Assembly (NCBI GenBank): GCA_964640155.1
Contig: CAZXEQ010000004.1
Span: 90,001 to 122,000, forward strand
From: an uncultured bacterium
GTDB taxonomy: Bacteria > Auribacterota > JACPWU01
DNA: 32,000 nt
Direction of reading: 5' to 3'
Position 1 is the stretch's first letter. Each line of letters begins with the position of its first letter. Shown here one piece after another: positions 1 through 10,525 of the stretch. The position numbers were made by a program, and so were the translations under genes. Below the pieces are notes generated by a model. The model saw only the letters and a list, made by a program, of their open reading frames with translations, made no database searches and had not been told where the DNA came from.

Positions 1-1
1 T

Positions 2-700
2 CCTGTTGCTAAACATGGAAATGTTGCTGTTTCAAGCCAATGCGGAAGTGCAGATCTTTTGAAGTCTTTAGGAGTCAAAATAGATGTAGATCGCTTAGTG
101 ATGGAAAGAGCTTTAAACGAAATAGGAATTTGTTTTCTATTTGCGCCTCTTTTTCATCATGCCATGATGCATGCAGCTCTCCCCAGGCGAGAGATTGGTG
201 TACGTACCGTATTTAACATTTTAGGACCTTTAACAAACCCTGCAGGGGCAAAAGCTCAGGTTGTGGGTGTTTATCGCAAAGAATTGACGGATTTGATGGC
301 CCATGTTCTTGTAAAACTGGGAGTATCCCGAGCTTTTGTCGTACACGGTTCAGATGGTTTAGATGAAGTGACTACGACAGGAAAAACATTTGTTTCTGAA
401 GTAAAAAATGGAGAGGTTTCTTCTTTTGTGTTTGAACCTCAATCCCTAGGAATCTCAAAAGCTACTTCTTCTGATTTAAAAGGAGGAGATATAAAACATC
501 ATACAGCTATTACAAAATCGATTTTAGAAGGTGAAAAAGGACCCGAGCGAGATGTTGTTTTATTGAATGCTGCATTTGGGATTGTAGCAGGAGGAGCTGC
601 TTCAGATTTAAAAATTGGGTTAAAAAAGGCTATCGAATCGCTAGATTCTGGAATGGCAAGAAAGAAATTGGAAGAGTTGATAGAATATACGGCCAGTTAA
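2..700 (+). CDS. trpD: anthranilate phosphoribosyltransferase, 5'-truncated by the window edge
   Basis: The frame of ORF 59..700 stays open back to nt 2 and reads PVAKHGNVAVSSQCGSADLLKSLG, the conserved TrpD KHGN-x-A-x-SS-x-x-GSAD motif. It is followed by the rest of a trp operon. The TAATG stop/start overlaps trpC. Confidence 0.9.
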   Translation, partial: PVAKHGNVAVSSQCGSADLLKSLGVKIDVDRLVMERALNEIGICFLFAPLFHHAMMHAALPRREIGVRTVFNILGPLTNPAGAKAQVVGVYRKELTDLMAHVLVKLGVSRAFVVHGSDGLDEVTTTGKTFVSEVKNGEVSSFVFEPQSLGISKATSSDLKGGDIKHHTAITKSILEGEKGPERDVVLLNAAFGIVAGGAASDLKIGLKKAIESLDSGMARKKLEELIEYTAS

Positions 701-1494
701 TGAAAAACATATTATTTCTAGATGAAATTCTTGCGTTCAAAAAACAAGAGGTAGAACAAAGAAAAAAGAACTTTCCTCTAGAAGATCTATTAGAAAAAGC
801 TTCTCATCAAAAAATTTCTTCCATATCTACTTTTCATGAAGCCATACAAAGAAAGGGGAACGAGCCTTTACATTTTATTGCAGAAATCAAAAAGGCTTCT
901 CCTTCAAAAGGAGTTTTAAGAGAATCCTTTGATCCAGAAAAGATCGCACAAATTTATGAGCAAAATGGAGCTCATGCAATTTCTGTTTTGACAGACGAAA
1001 AATTTTTTCAGGGTCATTTAGAGTATTTGCAAAAAGTATCTCGAACAGTAAATTTACCTGTTCTAAGGAAGGATTTTATTATTGATGCCTATCAAATTGA
1101 AGAAGCTAAAGCATATGGTGCAAAAGCTATCCTTTTAATTATTGCTGCACTTGATCAAAAGCTTCTTTCCAAGTTGATGCTTAAAGCAAAATCAGTTGGT
1201 TTATCAGTCCTTGTAGAAGTTCATGATGAAGAAGAACTTCAAAAGGCGCTTGATGCAGGCTCTGAAATTATTGGAATTAATAATCGAGATTTAAAAACAT
1301 TTAAAGTTGATTTAGAAGTTTGTGAACGTTTGCGTCCTAAAATTCCTTCAAATGTGACAGTGGTTGTTGAAAGTGGCTTAATGAATAGAGAGGACATCTT
1401 GCGGGTAGAAAAACTAAATGTAGATGCTGTATTAATTGGAGAAGCATTCATGCGGTCTGAAGATATTGCGTCCAAAATGCGAGAAATATTCTAG
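700..1494 (+). CDS. trpC: indole-3-glycerol phosphate synthase
   Basis: 264 aa with IGPS motifs IAEIKKASPSKG, LRKDFIID and GINNRDL. Lies between trpD and trpF. Confidence 0.95.
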   Translation: MKNILFLDEILAFKKQEVEQRKKNFPLEDLLEKASHQKISSISTFHEAIQRKGNEPLHFIAEIKKASPSKGVLRESFDPEKIAQIYEQNGAHAISVLTDEKFFQGHLEYLQKVSRTVNLPVLRKDFIIDAYQIEEAKAYGAKAILLIIAALDQKLLSKLMLKAKSVGLSVLVEVHDEEELQKALDAGSEIIGINNRDLKTFKVDLEVCERLRPKIPSNVTVVVESGLMNREDILRVEKLNVDAVLIGEAFMRSEDIASKMREIF

Positions 1495-1502
1495 GTTTTT
1501 AT

Positions 1503-2114
1503 ATGGTCAAAGTAAAAATTTGTGGCATTACAAATCTTGAAGATGCTTTAGCGTCTGTGCATGCAGGAGCAGACGCTTTGGGCTTTAATTTTTATTCCAA
1601 AAGCCCTCGATTTATTTTGCCTGCAAAGGCTCAAAAAATAATTCAGAGTCTTCCGCCTTTTATTTCAAAAGTTGGAATTTTTGTGAATGAATCTAAAGAA
1701 AATATTTTAAAGATCATTAAAGAAATCGACTTGGATTTTTTACAATTTCACGCAGATGAGAGTCCTGCAGATTGTGAAGGCTTTAATATTCCTGTGATTA
1801 AAGCTTTTTCAATTAAGAATGACTTAGAAAGTGCTAGGAGATATCATGCTGTTTCGGCTATTCTCCTTGATACGCCTCATGATGGAAATTATGGAGGAAC
1901 AGGTCGTATTTTTGATTGGAGTTTGGTTCAACCCTTTAAAGAAATAGGTAAACCTCTTATTTTGTCAGGTGGGTTAACCATTCAGAATGTTGAACAAGCT
2001 TTACGGCAAGTAAAGCCCTATGCAGTTGATGTTTGTAGTGGTGTAGAGAGTCAACCTGGGAAAAAAGATTATCAAAAAATTTTGGAATTTATAAAAAAAG
2101 TAAAAAACTCTTAA
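1503..2114 (+). CDS. trpF: phosphoribosylanthranilate isomerase
   Basis: 203 aa with the N-terminal VKICGIT motif and a C-terminal DVCSGVE region typical of PRAI. Operon context supports the call. Confidence 0.92.
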   Translation: MVKVKICGITNLEDALASVHAGADALGFNFYSKSPRFILPAKAQKIIQSLPPFISKVGIFVNESKENILKIIKEIDLDFLQFHADESPADCEGFNIPVIKAFSIKNDLESARRYHAVSAILLDTPHDGNYGGTGRIFDWSLVQPFKEIGKPLILSGGLTIQNVEQALRQVKPYAVDVCSGVESQPGKKDYQKILEFIKKVKNS

Positions 2115-2130
2115 ATGAACGACATTAGCT

Positions 2131-3336
2131 ATGAAATTCATTAATCAATATCCTGATTCTCAAGGTCATTTTGGTAATTATGGTGGCAAGTTTGCGCCAG
2201 AAACTCTTATGACTGCTTTGGAAGAGTTGGAGCATGAGTATATTCGTGCTCAGGATGATCCTGATTTTCAAAAGAAGTTTCAATATTATCTAGAAGAATA
2301 TGTGGGTCGTCCCACACCTCTTTATTATGCAGAACATTTATCTAAAGAGTTGGAGTGTCGTATTTACCTCAAACGTGAAGATTTATGTCATACAGGTGCT
2401 CATAAGATTAATAATACGCTGGGTCAGATTCTCCTGACTCAAAGAATGGGGAAAAAACGTGTCATTGCTGAAACAGGGGCAGGACAGCATGGAGTTGCTA
2501 CTGCGACAGTTTCTGCTTTATTTGGATTAAAATGCACGGTTTATATGGGTTCTGAAGATATGCAGAGACAAGCTCTGAATGTTTTTAGAATGAAATTGTT
2601 AGGGGCAGAGGTTATTCCGGTTGAAACAGGTTCTTGTACGTTAAAAGATGCTATTAATGAAGCAATGAGAGATTGGGTAACAACCGTACGCACTTCTCAT
2701 TATATTTTGGGTTCTGTGGCAGGGCCTCATCCTTTTCCCATGATTGTAAGAAATTTTCAACGAGTGATTGGAAAAGAAGCACGTGAACAAATTCTTCAAA
2801 AAGAGGGAAGACTTCCAGATTTTTTAATTGCTTGTGTGGGAGGGGGGTCAAACTCTATTGGACTCTTTTATGAATTTTTAGAGGATGCTTCTACTCAAAT
2901 GATTGGTGTTGAAGCCGCAGGGTTAGGGGTCAAAACAGGGCTCCATGCTGCTCGGTTTTCAGGGGGTTCTGTCGGGGTTTTTCAAGGATCGAAAAGTTAT
3001 GTTCTTCAAAATAAAGAAGGACAAATCTTAACCACTCATTCTATTTCAGCTGGATTAGATTATGCAGGTGTAGGGCCCGAACATAGCTTTTTAAAAGATT
3101 CTAAGCGGGTGAAATATGTTTCAGTTAAAGATCATGAAGCCTTGTCTGCTTTTTCCGCGTTGGCTCGATTTGAGGGAGTGATTCCTGCTTTAGAATCTGC
3201 TCATGCCATTGCCCATCTTTTTAAAATGAAGAAAAAAGATCGTCAAGGAAAGTTGATCATTGTGAATTTGTCAGGACGAGGGGACAAAGACGTAGAGGTT
3301 GCATCAAAAGCAATATCAGAAATGAAGATCAAATAA
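2131..3336 (+). CDS. trpB: tryptophan synthase beta chain
   Basis: 401 aa with HTGAHKINN (PLP lysine), GGGSNSIG and [11 protein letters not shown] motifs. Confidence 0.97.
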   Translation: MKFINQYPDSQGHFGNYGGKFAPETLMTALEELEHEYIRAQDDPDFQKKFQYYLEEYVGRPTPLYYAEHLSKELECRIYLKREDLCHTGAHKINNTLGQILLTQRMGKKRVIAETGAGQHGVATATVSALFGLKCTVYMGSEDMQRQALNVFRMKLLGAEVIPVETGSCTLKDAINEAMRDWVTTVRTSHYILGSVAGPHPFPMIVRNFQRVIGKEAREQILQKEGRLPDFLIACVGGGSNSIGLFYEFLEDASTQMIGVEAAGLGVKTGLHAARFSGGSVGVFQGSKSYVLQNKEGQILTTHSISAGLDYAGVGPEHSFLKDSKRVKYVSVKDHEALSAFSALARFEGVIPALESAHAIAHLFKMKKKDRQGKLIIVNLSGRGDKDVEVASKAISEMKIK

Positions 3337-3375
3337 TCCTGTTTTACAGGTAAAATTTCAAAACTGAAAAATAAA

Positions 3376-4167
3376 ATGAATCGAATCAAAGAAAAATTTG
3401 AAACTTTAAAAGCCAAAAACAAAAAAGGTTTTGTGGCTTATATTACAGCGGGAGATCCTCGTTTAGAAATAACGCATAAACTTGTACATTCGTTTGCAGA
3501 GTTAGGTGTTGATTTTATAGAATTAGGAATCCCTTTTTCTGATCCTTTGGCCGATGGGGTTGTCAATCAGCTCGCGACCATGCGCGCCTTAAAATCTGGA
3601 ACAACAGTTCAGAAAATTTTAGATCTTGTAAAAAAAATCAGAAAAAGTTCTGATGTCCCTCTTATCCTTTTTACATATTTAAATCCCATTTTACAATATG
3701 GTTTAGAATCTTTTGCCAAGAATGCCCAAAAAGCAGGCGTTGATGGAGTTTTAACTTTAGATCTTCCTCCTGAAGAAGCAGAAGATTATAAGAGAATCTT
3801 GGAAAAGAATGATTTAAATGTGATTTTTCTTGTTACACCAACCAGCTCTGATGAACGCATTAAAAAAATAGCTTCTATGAGTTCTGGATTTATTTATTGT
3901 GTTTCGAGAACCGGAGTCACGGGAGCTCAAAAAGAGATGCCTAAAGATGTTCCTGAAATCATATCAAAAATACGTCAGTTTTCTAAACTTCCTATTGCCA
4001 TCGGATTTGGCATTTCAAAGCCAGATCAAGTGAAACGGTTATCTCAAATGGCAGATGCGGTTGTGGTTGGCAGCGCTATCGTTCAACAAATAGAAGAGAA
4101 TGTGAAACATCCGCATCTTGAGAAGCGGGTAACAAGTTTTGTTAAAAAATTAGTTCAAGCCCTTTAG
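3376..4167 (+). CDS. trpA: tryptophan synthase alpha chain
   Basis: 263 aa with IELGIPFSDPLADG and GFGIS motifs. Immediately follows trpB. Confidence 0.95.
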   Translation: MNRIKEKFETLKAKNKKGFVAYITAGDPRLEITHKLVHSFAELGVDFIELGIPFSDPLADGVVNQLATMRALKSGTTVQKILDLVKKIRKSSDVPLILFTYLNPILQYGLESFAKNAQKAGVDGVLTLDLPPEEAEDYKRILEKNDLNVIFLVTPTSSDERIKKIASMSSGFIYCVSRTGVTGAQKEMPKDVPEIISKIRQFSKLPIAIGFGISKPDQVKRLSQMADAVVVGSAIVQQIEENVKHPHLEKRVTSFVKKLVQAL

Positions 4168-4174
4168 GGAAAAT

Positions 4175-5266
4175 ATGTTACAGAATCATATTTATGCATG
4201 CATCATGGCTGGGGGAGTAGGGGAGCGGTTTTGGCCTGGAAGTCGCAGGCATTTGCCCAAGCAATTTTTAAATATTATCGGATCCTCAACCATGATTCAA
4301 GCCACGGTTGAACGGGTCTCATCTCTGATCCCAAAAGAGAAGGTCTGGATTGTTTCTAATGAGAAGCAAGGATTCTTAATTTCAGAACAACTTCCTTCTT
4401 TGAAAAAGGAACAAGTTTTATTAGAACCTTTTGGAAGAAATACAGCACCTTGTATTGCACTCGCTGCAGCCTGTTTAAAGAAGCAAGATCCAGACGCAAT
4501 TATGGTTGTGCTCCCTTCAGATCATGTTATTCGAAATACCAAAGTTTTTCTGCAAGTCATTCATGATTGTGCTCGAATTGCATCCCAAACACAAAATCTC
4601 GTGACTTTAGGCATCAAACCTTATGCACCAGAAACAGGATATGGATATATTCATTATGATCAACCTTTTCTAGAAAAAATCGACACAAAATTTTTCAAGG
4701 TAAAAGCCTTTGTTGAGAAGCCAACAAAAGAAAAGGCAGAAGCTTTCTTAAAAGATGGACACTTCTTATGGAATAGCGGCATGTTTATCTGGAGTGTTAA
4801 GTCTATTTTAGAAGCGATTAAAAATTATTTACCCCAAATAGATGAAGAATTAAAAAAATTAGAACCTCATCTGGGACGTTCTACTCAAGATCAAGCCATA
4901 CGATCGATGTATGAAAAAATAACATCGGTTTCAATTGATTATGGGGTGATGGAAAAAGCAAAAAATATTTTAGTTGCTGTGGGAGATTTTGGATGGGATG
5001 ATGTCGGGTCTTGGTCAAGTCTAGAAAATCATTTTGACAAAGACAAAAAAGGAAATACTTTTGTAGGTCATCAAGTCGATTTAGGTAGCCAAAATATTAT
5101 GGTTATCAATCATGGAGAAGGGATGGTTGCAACTTTGGGGCTTCAAGATGTTATTATTGTGCGCACATCTGACGCTGTATTGGTGATGGATAAGACAAAA
5201 GGACAGGAAGTTAAAGCCGTTCTAGAATTGATGAAAAAAAACTCTGAACATCAAAAGTATCTATGA
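4175..5266 (+). CDS. mannose-1-phosphate guanylyltransferase (NDP-sugar pyrophosphorylase, without a C-terminal PMI/cupin domain)
   Basis: 363 aa. The N-terminal IMAGGVGERFWP (GGxGxRFWP) motif, VEKP and WNSGMF motifs are typical of ManC/CpsB-type enzymes. An AGGGA Shine-Dalgarno sits 5 nt upstream of the ATG. Confidence 0.85.
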   Translation: MLQNHIYACIMAGGVGERFWPGSRRHLPKQFLNIIGSSTMIQATVERVSSLIPKEKVWIVSNEKQGFLISEQLPSLKKEQVLLEPFGRNTAPCIALAAACLKKQDPDAIMVVLPSDHVIRNTKVFLQVIHDCARIASQTQNLVTLGIKPYAPETGYGYIHYDQPFLEKIDTKFFKVKAFVEKPTKEKAEAFLKDGHFLWNSGMFIWSVKSILEAIKNYLPQIDEELKKLEPHLGRSTQDQAIRSMYEKITSVSIDYGVMEKAKNILVAVGDFGWDDVGSWSSLENHFDKDKKGNTFVGHQVDLGSQNIMVINHGEGMVATLGLQDVIIVRTSDAVLVMDKTKGQEVKAVLELMKKNSEHQKYL

Positions 5267-5694
5267 TTATTTTAGCTTTGGATGTGGGAGAAAAACGCAT
5301 TGGCGTTGCTGTTTGTGATCCGATGGAAATTATTACCATTGGCCTTCCTACGATAGAAAGACAAGATATCGAGTCAGATTTTAAAAGACTTCAGGATATT
5401 GTTAAAGATAGAAAGGTAGACTTGATTGTTTTAGGGTTACCCCTTCACATGAAGGGTGAGTTGGGTATTATGGCTCAAAAAATATTAGAATTTAAAGAAA
5501 TCTTGGAGAAAAATATTCAGCTTCCTGTTGAATGTATGGATGAACGCTTGACAACAGTAGAAGCTCAAAGAGTTCTTTTAGAAGGGGATGTTTCACGAAA
5601 AAAAAGAAAAACAAAAATTGATCAAATTGCAGCTCATTTGATTCTTCAAAAGTATTTAGAAAGGAAGCATTTTAAGAATGAATTACCGCGTTAG
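5263..5694 (+). CDS. ruvX: putative pre-16S rRNA nuclease / Holliday-junction-resolvase-like protein YqgF
   Basis: 143 aa with N-terminal ILALDVGEKRIGVAV and an internal DERLTT motif. ATGA overlap with the upstream gene. Confidence 0.85.
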   Translation: MIILALDVGEKRIGVAVCDPMEIITIGLPTIERQDIESDFKRLQDIVKDRKVDLIVLGLPLHMKGELGIMAQKILEFKEILEKNIQLPVECMDERLTTVEAQRVLLEGDVSRKKRKTKIDQIAAHLILQKYLERKHFKNELPR

Positions 5695-6946
5695 CAAATT
5701 TGATAATGGTTTACGCCTTGTGACGTGTCCCATGACAGATGCCAAAAGCGTTTCGATGGGCGTTTGGGTGGGCGTTGGGGGACGCTATGAGGAAGATAAA
5801 ATCAGTGGAGTTTCTCATTTCCTGGAACACATGCTTTTCAAGGGCACAAAAAAAAGAACGGCAAAGCAAATTTCGCAGGCCATTGAAGGTGTCGGGGGTA
5901 ACACGAATGCTTTTACAACAGAGGAATGTACCTGCTTTTACGCCAAGGTCACCGATGATCATTTTGATCAAACTTTGGATGTTCTTGCAGATATGTTTAA
6001 AAACCCTCTTTTTAAATCTTCAGATATTGAACGTGAACGGGGTGTTATTTTGGAAGAGCTTCGTATGAATGTAGATGTTCCCGCACATCGTGTATTTGAA
6101 ATTTTAAGAGAATTGATGTGGGAAAAACATCCTTTGGGCCGTATGTTAATAGGCACAGAAACAACGATTAAAAATATTAAACGCTCAGATTTAGTGAAAT
6201 TTAAAGAGCAGAATTATACAGGTCCTAATATTGTTGTTTCAATTGCAGGTTCAATGTCTCAAGCAAAAACCATTTCTCAGGTAGAGAAAAAGTTTTCATT
6301 TTTAAAGCCAGAAAATGGACTCAGTTATTTGCCTGCCGTTGAAAATCAAGCTAAGCCAGAAACAAGAATTTTTAAAAAGAAAACAGAGCAAACAAATTTT
6401 TGTATTGGTATTCGTGCTCTGGCCCGTAATCATGAAGATCGTTTTGCTTTGCGCGTATTAAATGCCATTTTGGGTGAGAACATGAGTTCTCGTCTCTTTC
6501 AAGAAATTCGCGAGAAACAAGGTTTAAGCTATGATATCGGCTCTTCCATTGAACGATTTTTAGACGCAGGCACTTTAATTATTTCTGGAGGGGTTGATAT
6601 TAAAAACCTTGAAAAGGCTATTGAAAGAACATTAAAAGAATTGGGAAAGGTTAAGAAAGGTTCTATTCGCAAAGAAGAACTAAGTATGGCCAAAGAATAT
6701 TCTATTGGGCAGTTAATTTTGGGTCTTGAAAAATCTTCTAGCCAAATGATTTATTTGGGAGAAAGCGAGATATGTTCAGGGAATATTATGGATATCAAAG
6801 AATTAATACGGCGTATCAGGGCTGTAAAACTAGAGGATGTTGAAAGAGTTGCACAATTTCTTTTTGTGGATAAGAAAATTAATTTGGCGGTGGTGGGACC
6901 TGTTGAAAAAGATAAAACGATTCAAAATTTATTTAGTATGAATTAA
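5678..6946 (+). CDS. M16 family zinc metallopeptidase (pitrilysin-like)
   Basis: 422 aa with the inverted zinc motif HFLEHMLFKG (HxxEH) and a downstream E in ILEEL. The N-terminal NGLRLV is typical of M16B. Overlaps ruvX by 17 nt. Confidence 0.85.
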   Translation: MNYRVSKFDNGLRLVTCPMTDAKSVSMGVWVGVGGRYEEDKISGVSHFLEHMLFKGTKKRTAKQISQAIEGVGGNTNAFTTEECTCFYAKVTDDHFDQTLDVLADMFKNPLFKSSDIERERGVILEELRMNVDVPAHRVFEILRELMWEKHPLGRMLIGTETTIKNIKRSDLVKFKEQNYTGPNIVVSIAGSMSQAKTISQVEKKFSFLKPENGLSYLPAVENQAKPETRIFKKKTEQTNFCIGIRALARNHEDRFALRVLNAILGENMSSRLFQEIREKQGLSYDIGSSIERFLDAGTLIISGGVDIKNLEKAIERTLKELGKVKKGSIRKEELSMAKEYSIGQLILGLEKSSSQMIYLGESEICSGNIMDIKELIRRIRAVKLEDVERVAQFLFVDKKINLAVVGPVEKDKTIQNLFSMN

Positions 6947-6966
6947 AAACTGTGATAGAAAAAACA

Positions 6967-7635
6967 ATGAAAAGAAAAATTAAAATAGCGCCGTCTATCT
7001 TAGCTGGAGATTTTGCTTGTTTGGGAGAAGAAGCTAAGAAAGCTGAAATAGGTGGTGCAGATATTTTGCATGTGGACATTATGGATGGGCATTTTGTTCC
7101 TAACCTTACGATTGGACCTCAATCTGTTCAGGCCATACGTGAGAGTACGAAACTCCCTTTAGATGTTCATTTAATGATTTCTGAGCCTGAAAAATATATT
7201 GATGAATTCATTGAAGCAGGGGCTGATCATGTGACAATTCATCTGGAAATAGGCAAAGATTTGAAGCCGATTCTTCATCAGATTAAATCAAAGCATAAAG
7301 GTTGTGGTATTGCTTTAAAACCTGGAACTGCTTTTGAAGAAGTAAAGCCCTATTTGGAAAAAATAGATCTTTTATTGATTATGACCGTCGAACCAGGTTT
7401 TGGAGGACAAAAATTTAGATCAGAGGTGGTATCTAAAATTAGAGAAGCTTATGCTTGGATTAACGAACATCATTACAATATTGATATTCAAGTTGATGGG
7501 GGTATTAATCTGAAGACAGTTCCAGAAGTGATTGAGGCAGGAGCCAATGTCTTAGTTGCAGGTTCAGCCATTTATGGAACTGAAGATATTCATAAAGCTA
7601 TTTCTGAAATTAGAAAAATTGCTGAGTCCCAATAA
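6967..7635 (+). CDS. rpe: ribulose-phosphate 3-epimerase
   Basis: Motifs IAPSILAGDF, HVDIMDGHFVPN, MTVEPGFGGQKF and VDGGI. The ORF track starts at GTG 6952. ATG 6967 (MKRKIKIAPSIL) matches the usual Rpe N-terminus better. Neither start has a clear SD. Confidence 0.9.
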   Translation: MKRKIKIAPSILAGDFACLGEEAKKAEIGGADILHVDIMDGHFVPNLTIGPQSVQAIRESTKLPLDVHLMISEPEKYIDEFIEAGADHVTIHLEIGKDLKPILHQIKSKHKGCGIALKPGTAFEEVKPYLEKIDLLLIMTVEPGFGGQKFRSEVVSKIREAYAWINEHHYNIDIQVDGGINLKTVPEVIEAGANVLVAGSAIYGTEDIHKAISEIRKIAESQ

Positions 7636-7682
7636 TTACCAAATTTTACTAATGCGTTTACATTTCTTAGGAGTTTGTTCAG

Positions 7683-9497
7683 GTGTCCGATTCTTCTATT
7701 CAAGTGAGTCAAATTAGAAATTTTTGTATTATCGCCCATATTGATCATGGAAAGTCTACACTTGCTGACCGCTTGCTTGAATTTACCAAAACCATCAGCA
7801 CGCGAGAAAGTAGAGATCAAATTTTAGATTCTATGGATCTTGAACGGGAAAGAGGAATTACGATTAAGGCCCATCCTGTTCGAATGATTTATCCAGCCTT
7901 GGATGGGAAAGAATATATTTTAAATCTTATTGATACGCCTGGACATGTGGATTTTTCCTACGAAGTTTCTAGAAGCTTGGCTGCTTGTGATGGGGCAATT
8001 GTTTTAGTGGATGCAGGGCAGGGCGTTGAAGCTCAAACGGTTTCAAATATTCATTTAGCGCTTGCGCAAGGGCTAGAAATTATTCCTGTCATCAATAAAA
8101 TTGATTTACCTAATGCAAATGTTGACCGAGTGATTCAACAGTTAGATGCCATTATTGGTGTGGTACCAGAAGATGTGATTCGTGTTAGTGCAAAAACAGG
8201 AGAGGGGATACAAAAAGTTTTAGAAACGGTTGTTGCAAAAGTTCCTGCCCCAAAAATCACTTCTGAAGGAACTTTACGGGCTCTCATTTTTGATTCTATT
8301 TTTGATAATTATAAAGGGGTTGTTGTTTATTCAAAGGTTTTTGAAGGTTCTATCAAGCCAGGTCTTCAGATTTCCATGATGGCAACTGGGAAAGTTTTTG
8401 AAATAACAGAAGTCGGGTATTTTAAGCCCAAACCTGTTTTAACCAACATTCTTCTCCCTGGGGAAGTGGGATACATTGCTGCCAATATTAAGTCAGCTCA
8501 GGACATTTTGGTGGGGGATACCCTCACGGATGCGAAGAAACCTTCTAAGATTCCTTTACCTGGTTTTAAACGTATTTCACCCATGGTTTTTACCAGTTTT
8601 TATCCCATTGTGACCGATGACTATCCCTTGCTTAAAAATGGAATTGAAAAGCTTAAGCTTAATGACTCTTCATTTACTTATGAACCTGAAGATTCTGTGG
8701 CTTTAGGCTTTGGTTATCGCTGTGGTTTTTTAGGTTTGTTGCACATGGAAGTCACTCAGGAGCGATTAGAAAGAGAATTTGGGATTCAGATTATTGCAAC
8801 TGCACCAAGTGTTATTTACAAGTTATTGATTCGTAATGGACAAGAATTGATTATCGACAATCCTAGTAAATTTCCTCCCTTACAAGAGGTTGAACTCATT
8901 GAAGAACCCTTGATTCAAGCCACCATTATAGCGCCTGTTGAATACATCGGCGCTGTCATGCAATTATGTGCAGACTATCGAGGTGTTTGCACCAAAACAG
9001 AATCTTTGGATCAAACACGCGTGATGATGACATTTGACATTCCATTAAATGAAATTTTAACCGAGTTTTTTGATAAATTAAAGTCTTCTACGCGAGGTTA
9101 TGGTTCTCTTGATTATGAACATAAAGGATATCAGCTTTCTGATATGGTGAAATTAGATGTTTTAATTAACGGGGAAGTCATCGATGCTTTTTCAGTTATT
9201 ATTCATCGTTCGAAAGCAGAAATTCGTTCACGTCAATTAGCTAAAAAATTAAAAGAGGTAATTCCAAAACAGCTTTTTCAAGTAGCAGTTCAAACAGCTG
9301 TAAATGGACGCATTATTGCCCGAGAAACAATAGGAGCTCTTAAGAAGGATGTTACTGCGAAATGTTATGGAGGTGACATTAGCAGAAAGAGAAAGCTTTG
9401 GGATAAACAAAAAGAAGGTAAGAAAAAAATGAAGATGTTTGGTAAAGTTCAGATTCCACAAAAAGCATTTCTGGAAGTTTTAAAATCCGGGGATTAA
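7683..9497 (+). CDS. lepA: translation elongation factor 4 (LepA)
   Basis: 604 aa with GTPase motifs AHIDHGKST, DTPGHVDF and NKIDL plus the LepA-specific C-terminal region. GTG start with an AGGAG SD (7669-7673) 9 nt upstream. Confidence 0.97.
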   Translation: MSDSSIQVSQIRNFCIIAHIDHGKSTLADRLLEFTKTISTRESRDQILDSMDLERERGITIKAHPVRMIYPALDGKEYILNLIDTPGHVDFSYEVSRSLAACDGAIVLVDAGQGVEAQTVSNIHLALAQGLEIIPVINKIDLPNANVDRVIQQLDAIIGVVPEDVIRVSAKTGEGIQKVLETVVAKVPAPKITSEGTLRALIFDSIFDNYKGVVVYSKVFEGSIKPGLQISMMATGKVFEITEVGYFKPKPVLTNILLPGEVGYIAANIKSAQDILVGDTLTDAKKPSKIPLPGFKRISPMVFTSFYPIVTDDYPLLKNGIEKLKLNDSSFTYEPEDSVALGFGYRCGFLGLLHMEVTQERLEREFGIQIIATAPSVIYKLLIRNGQELIIDNPSKFPPLQEVELIEEPLIQATIIAPVEYIGAVMQLCADYRGVCTKTESLDQTRVMMTFDIPLNEILTEFFDKLKSSTRGYGSLDYEHKGYQLSDMVKLDVLINGEVIDAFSVIIHRSKAEIRSRQLAKKLKEVIPKQLFQVAVQTAVNGRIIARETIGALKKDVTAKCYGGDISRKRKLWDKQKEGKKKMKMFGKVQIPQKAFLEVLKSGD

Positions 9498-9510
9498 AAG
9501 GAGAAGGGTT

Positions 9511-10125
9511 ATGTCGGAAAATATTCAGACCAGAAAAAGACCATGGTATAGAGATTGGCCAGAATCTATTTTAATTGCTTTTATCATTGCGATGATTGCA
9601 AGAACTTTCATTGTGCAAGCTTTCAAAATTCCAACAGGCTCCATGGAACCCACACTTCATGGTGATCCAAGCAATGGAGATCGTGTGCTTGTAAATAAGT
9701 TCGTTTATGCGCTTCATCCACCGAAGCGAGGAGATATCGTTGTTTTCAGAACAGTAAATATTACAGGTCTAGATTATCATAAAGACTATATTAAAAGATT
9801 AGTAGGCCTACCGGGAGATATCGTCGAAATTCGTTATGGCCATATTTATGTGAACGGAGAAAGACTTGAAGAACCAGAAATTTTTAATAAGGTTCATTAT
9901 ACAAACACTGAGGTAAGAAGGGAGCCTTTAGGCGATGAGGGGCAATATGGCCTTTTTGGAAAGCCCATTCGTGTACCTCAGAATCATTATTTTGTTTTAG
10001 GTGATAATAGCTCTGTCAGTCGTGACAGTCGTTATTGGGGATTTGTTCCAAAAGAAAATTTAATTGGACAAGCTTTTGTGACTTATTGGCCAATAAGACA
10101 GATTAAACTTTTAAGAAATCACTAG
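9511..10125 (+). CDS. lepB: signal peptidase I
   Basis: 204 aa with an N-terminal TM segment, GSMEPTL (catalytic Ser), YIKRLVGLPGD (catalytic Lys box) and GDNSSVSRDSRYWGFV. Classic lepA-lepB pairing. Confidence 0.9.
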   Translation: MSENIQTRKRPWYRDWPESILIAFIIAMIARTFIVQAFKIPTGSMEPTLHGDPSNGDRVLVNKFVYALHPPKRGDIVVFRTVNITGLDYHKDYIKRLVGLPGDIVEIRYGHIYVNGERLEEPEIFNKVHYTNTEVRREPLGDEGQYGLFGKPIRVPQNHYFVLGDNSSVSRDSRYWGFVPKENLIGQAFVTYWPIRQIKLLRNH

Positions 10126-10162
10126 AATCAGTTTTACATTCTAAATTAAGTTTGCCTTTGTC

Positions 10163-10192
10163 TTGACATAAAGCACTTAAAGAGCCTAGAAT
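10163..10192 (+). promoter_or_regulatory. candidate sigma70 promoter for the tRNA-Cys/tRNA-Leu pair
   Basis: TTGACA (10163-10168), an 18-nt spacer, then TAGAAT (10187-10192), about 80 nt upstream of tRNA-Cys. A second, weaker candidate is TTGGTT (10230-10235), 17 nt, TAGATA (10253-10258). Confidence 0.4.
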
Positions 10193-10271
10193 TTCCGCTT
10201 TATTGTAATTTGAATGGTTTCTTGGCTGCTTGGTTGAAATAGATGTGAGTACTAGATAAAATTTGAATTAT

Positions 10272-10344
10272 GGCGGCGTACCCAAGTGGCTAAGGGAGCA
10301 GTCTGCAAAACTGCGATGCACCGGTTCGAATCCGGTCGCCGCCT
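10272..10344 (+). tRNA. tRNA-Cys (anticodon GCA)
   Basis: Hand-folded cloverleaf. The acceptor stem is 7 bp, GGCGGCG/CGCCGCC. The anticodon stem is GCAGT/ACTGC with loop CTGCAAA. The T-arm is ACCGG-TTCGAAT-CCGGT. The D-stem is 3 bp with an A13:A22 mismatch. The discriminator is T73, a Cys identity feature. No CCA is encoded. Confidence 0.92.
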
Positions 10345-10380
10345 TAAAAAACGCCGTATGTACATAGATTATTTTAAAAT

Positions 10381-10465
10381 GCCGGAGTGGTGGAATGGCA
10401 GACACAAGGGACTTAAAATCCCTCGGGCCTCAAAGCCTGTGCCGGTTCGAGTCCGGCCTCCGGCA
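10381..10465 (+). tRNA. tRNA-Leu (anticodon TAA)
   Basis: 85 nt. Acceptor stem GCCGGAG/CTCCGGC. Anticodon stem AGGGA/TCCCT with loop CTTAAAA. Long variable arm (GGC-CTCAAA-GCC) typical of class II tRNA-Leu. T-arm GCCGG-TTCGAGT-CCGGC. Discriminator A. Confidence 0.92.
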
Positions 10466-10525
10466 TTTTTAAAATTTTTAGATTCTTGCTATATGCTAAA
10501 ATAGATTTCTTAAAATAAAGGCAAG

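Noticed and set aside
3338-3350. Small hairpin CCTGT-TTT-ACAGG between trpB and trpA.
   Set aside because: The stem is 5 bp with a 3-nt loop and no U-tract. It is too weak to call a terminator or attenuator inside an otherwise continuous operon.
10286-10504. 72-aa ORF on the + strand.
   Set aside because: It lies entirely across tRNA-Cys and tRNA-Leu, and its openness is explained by the tRNA sequences.
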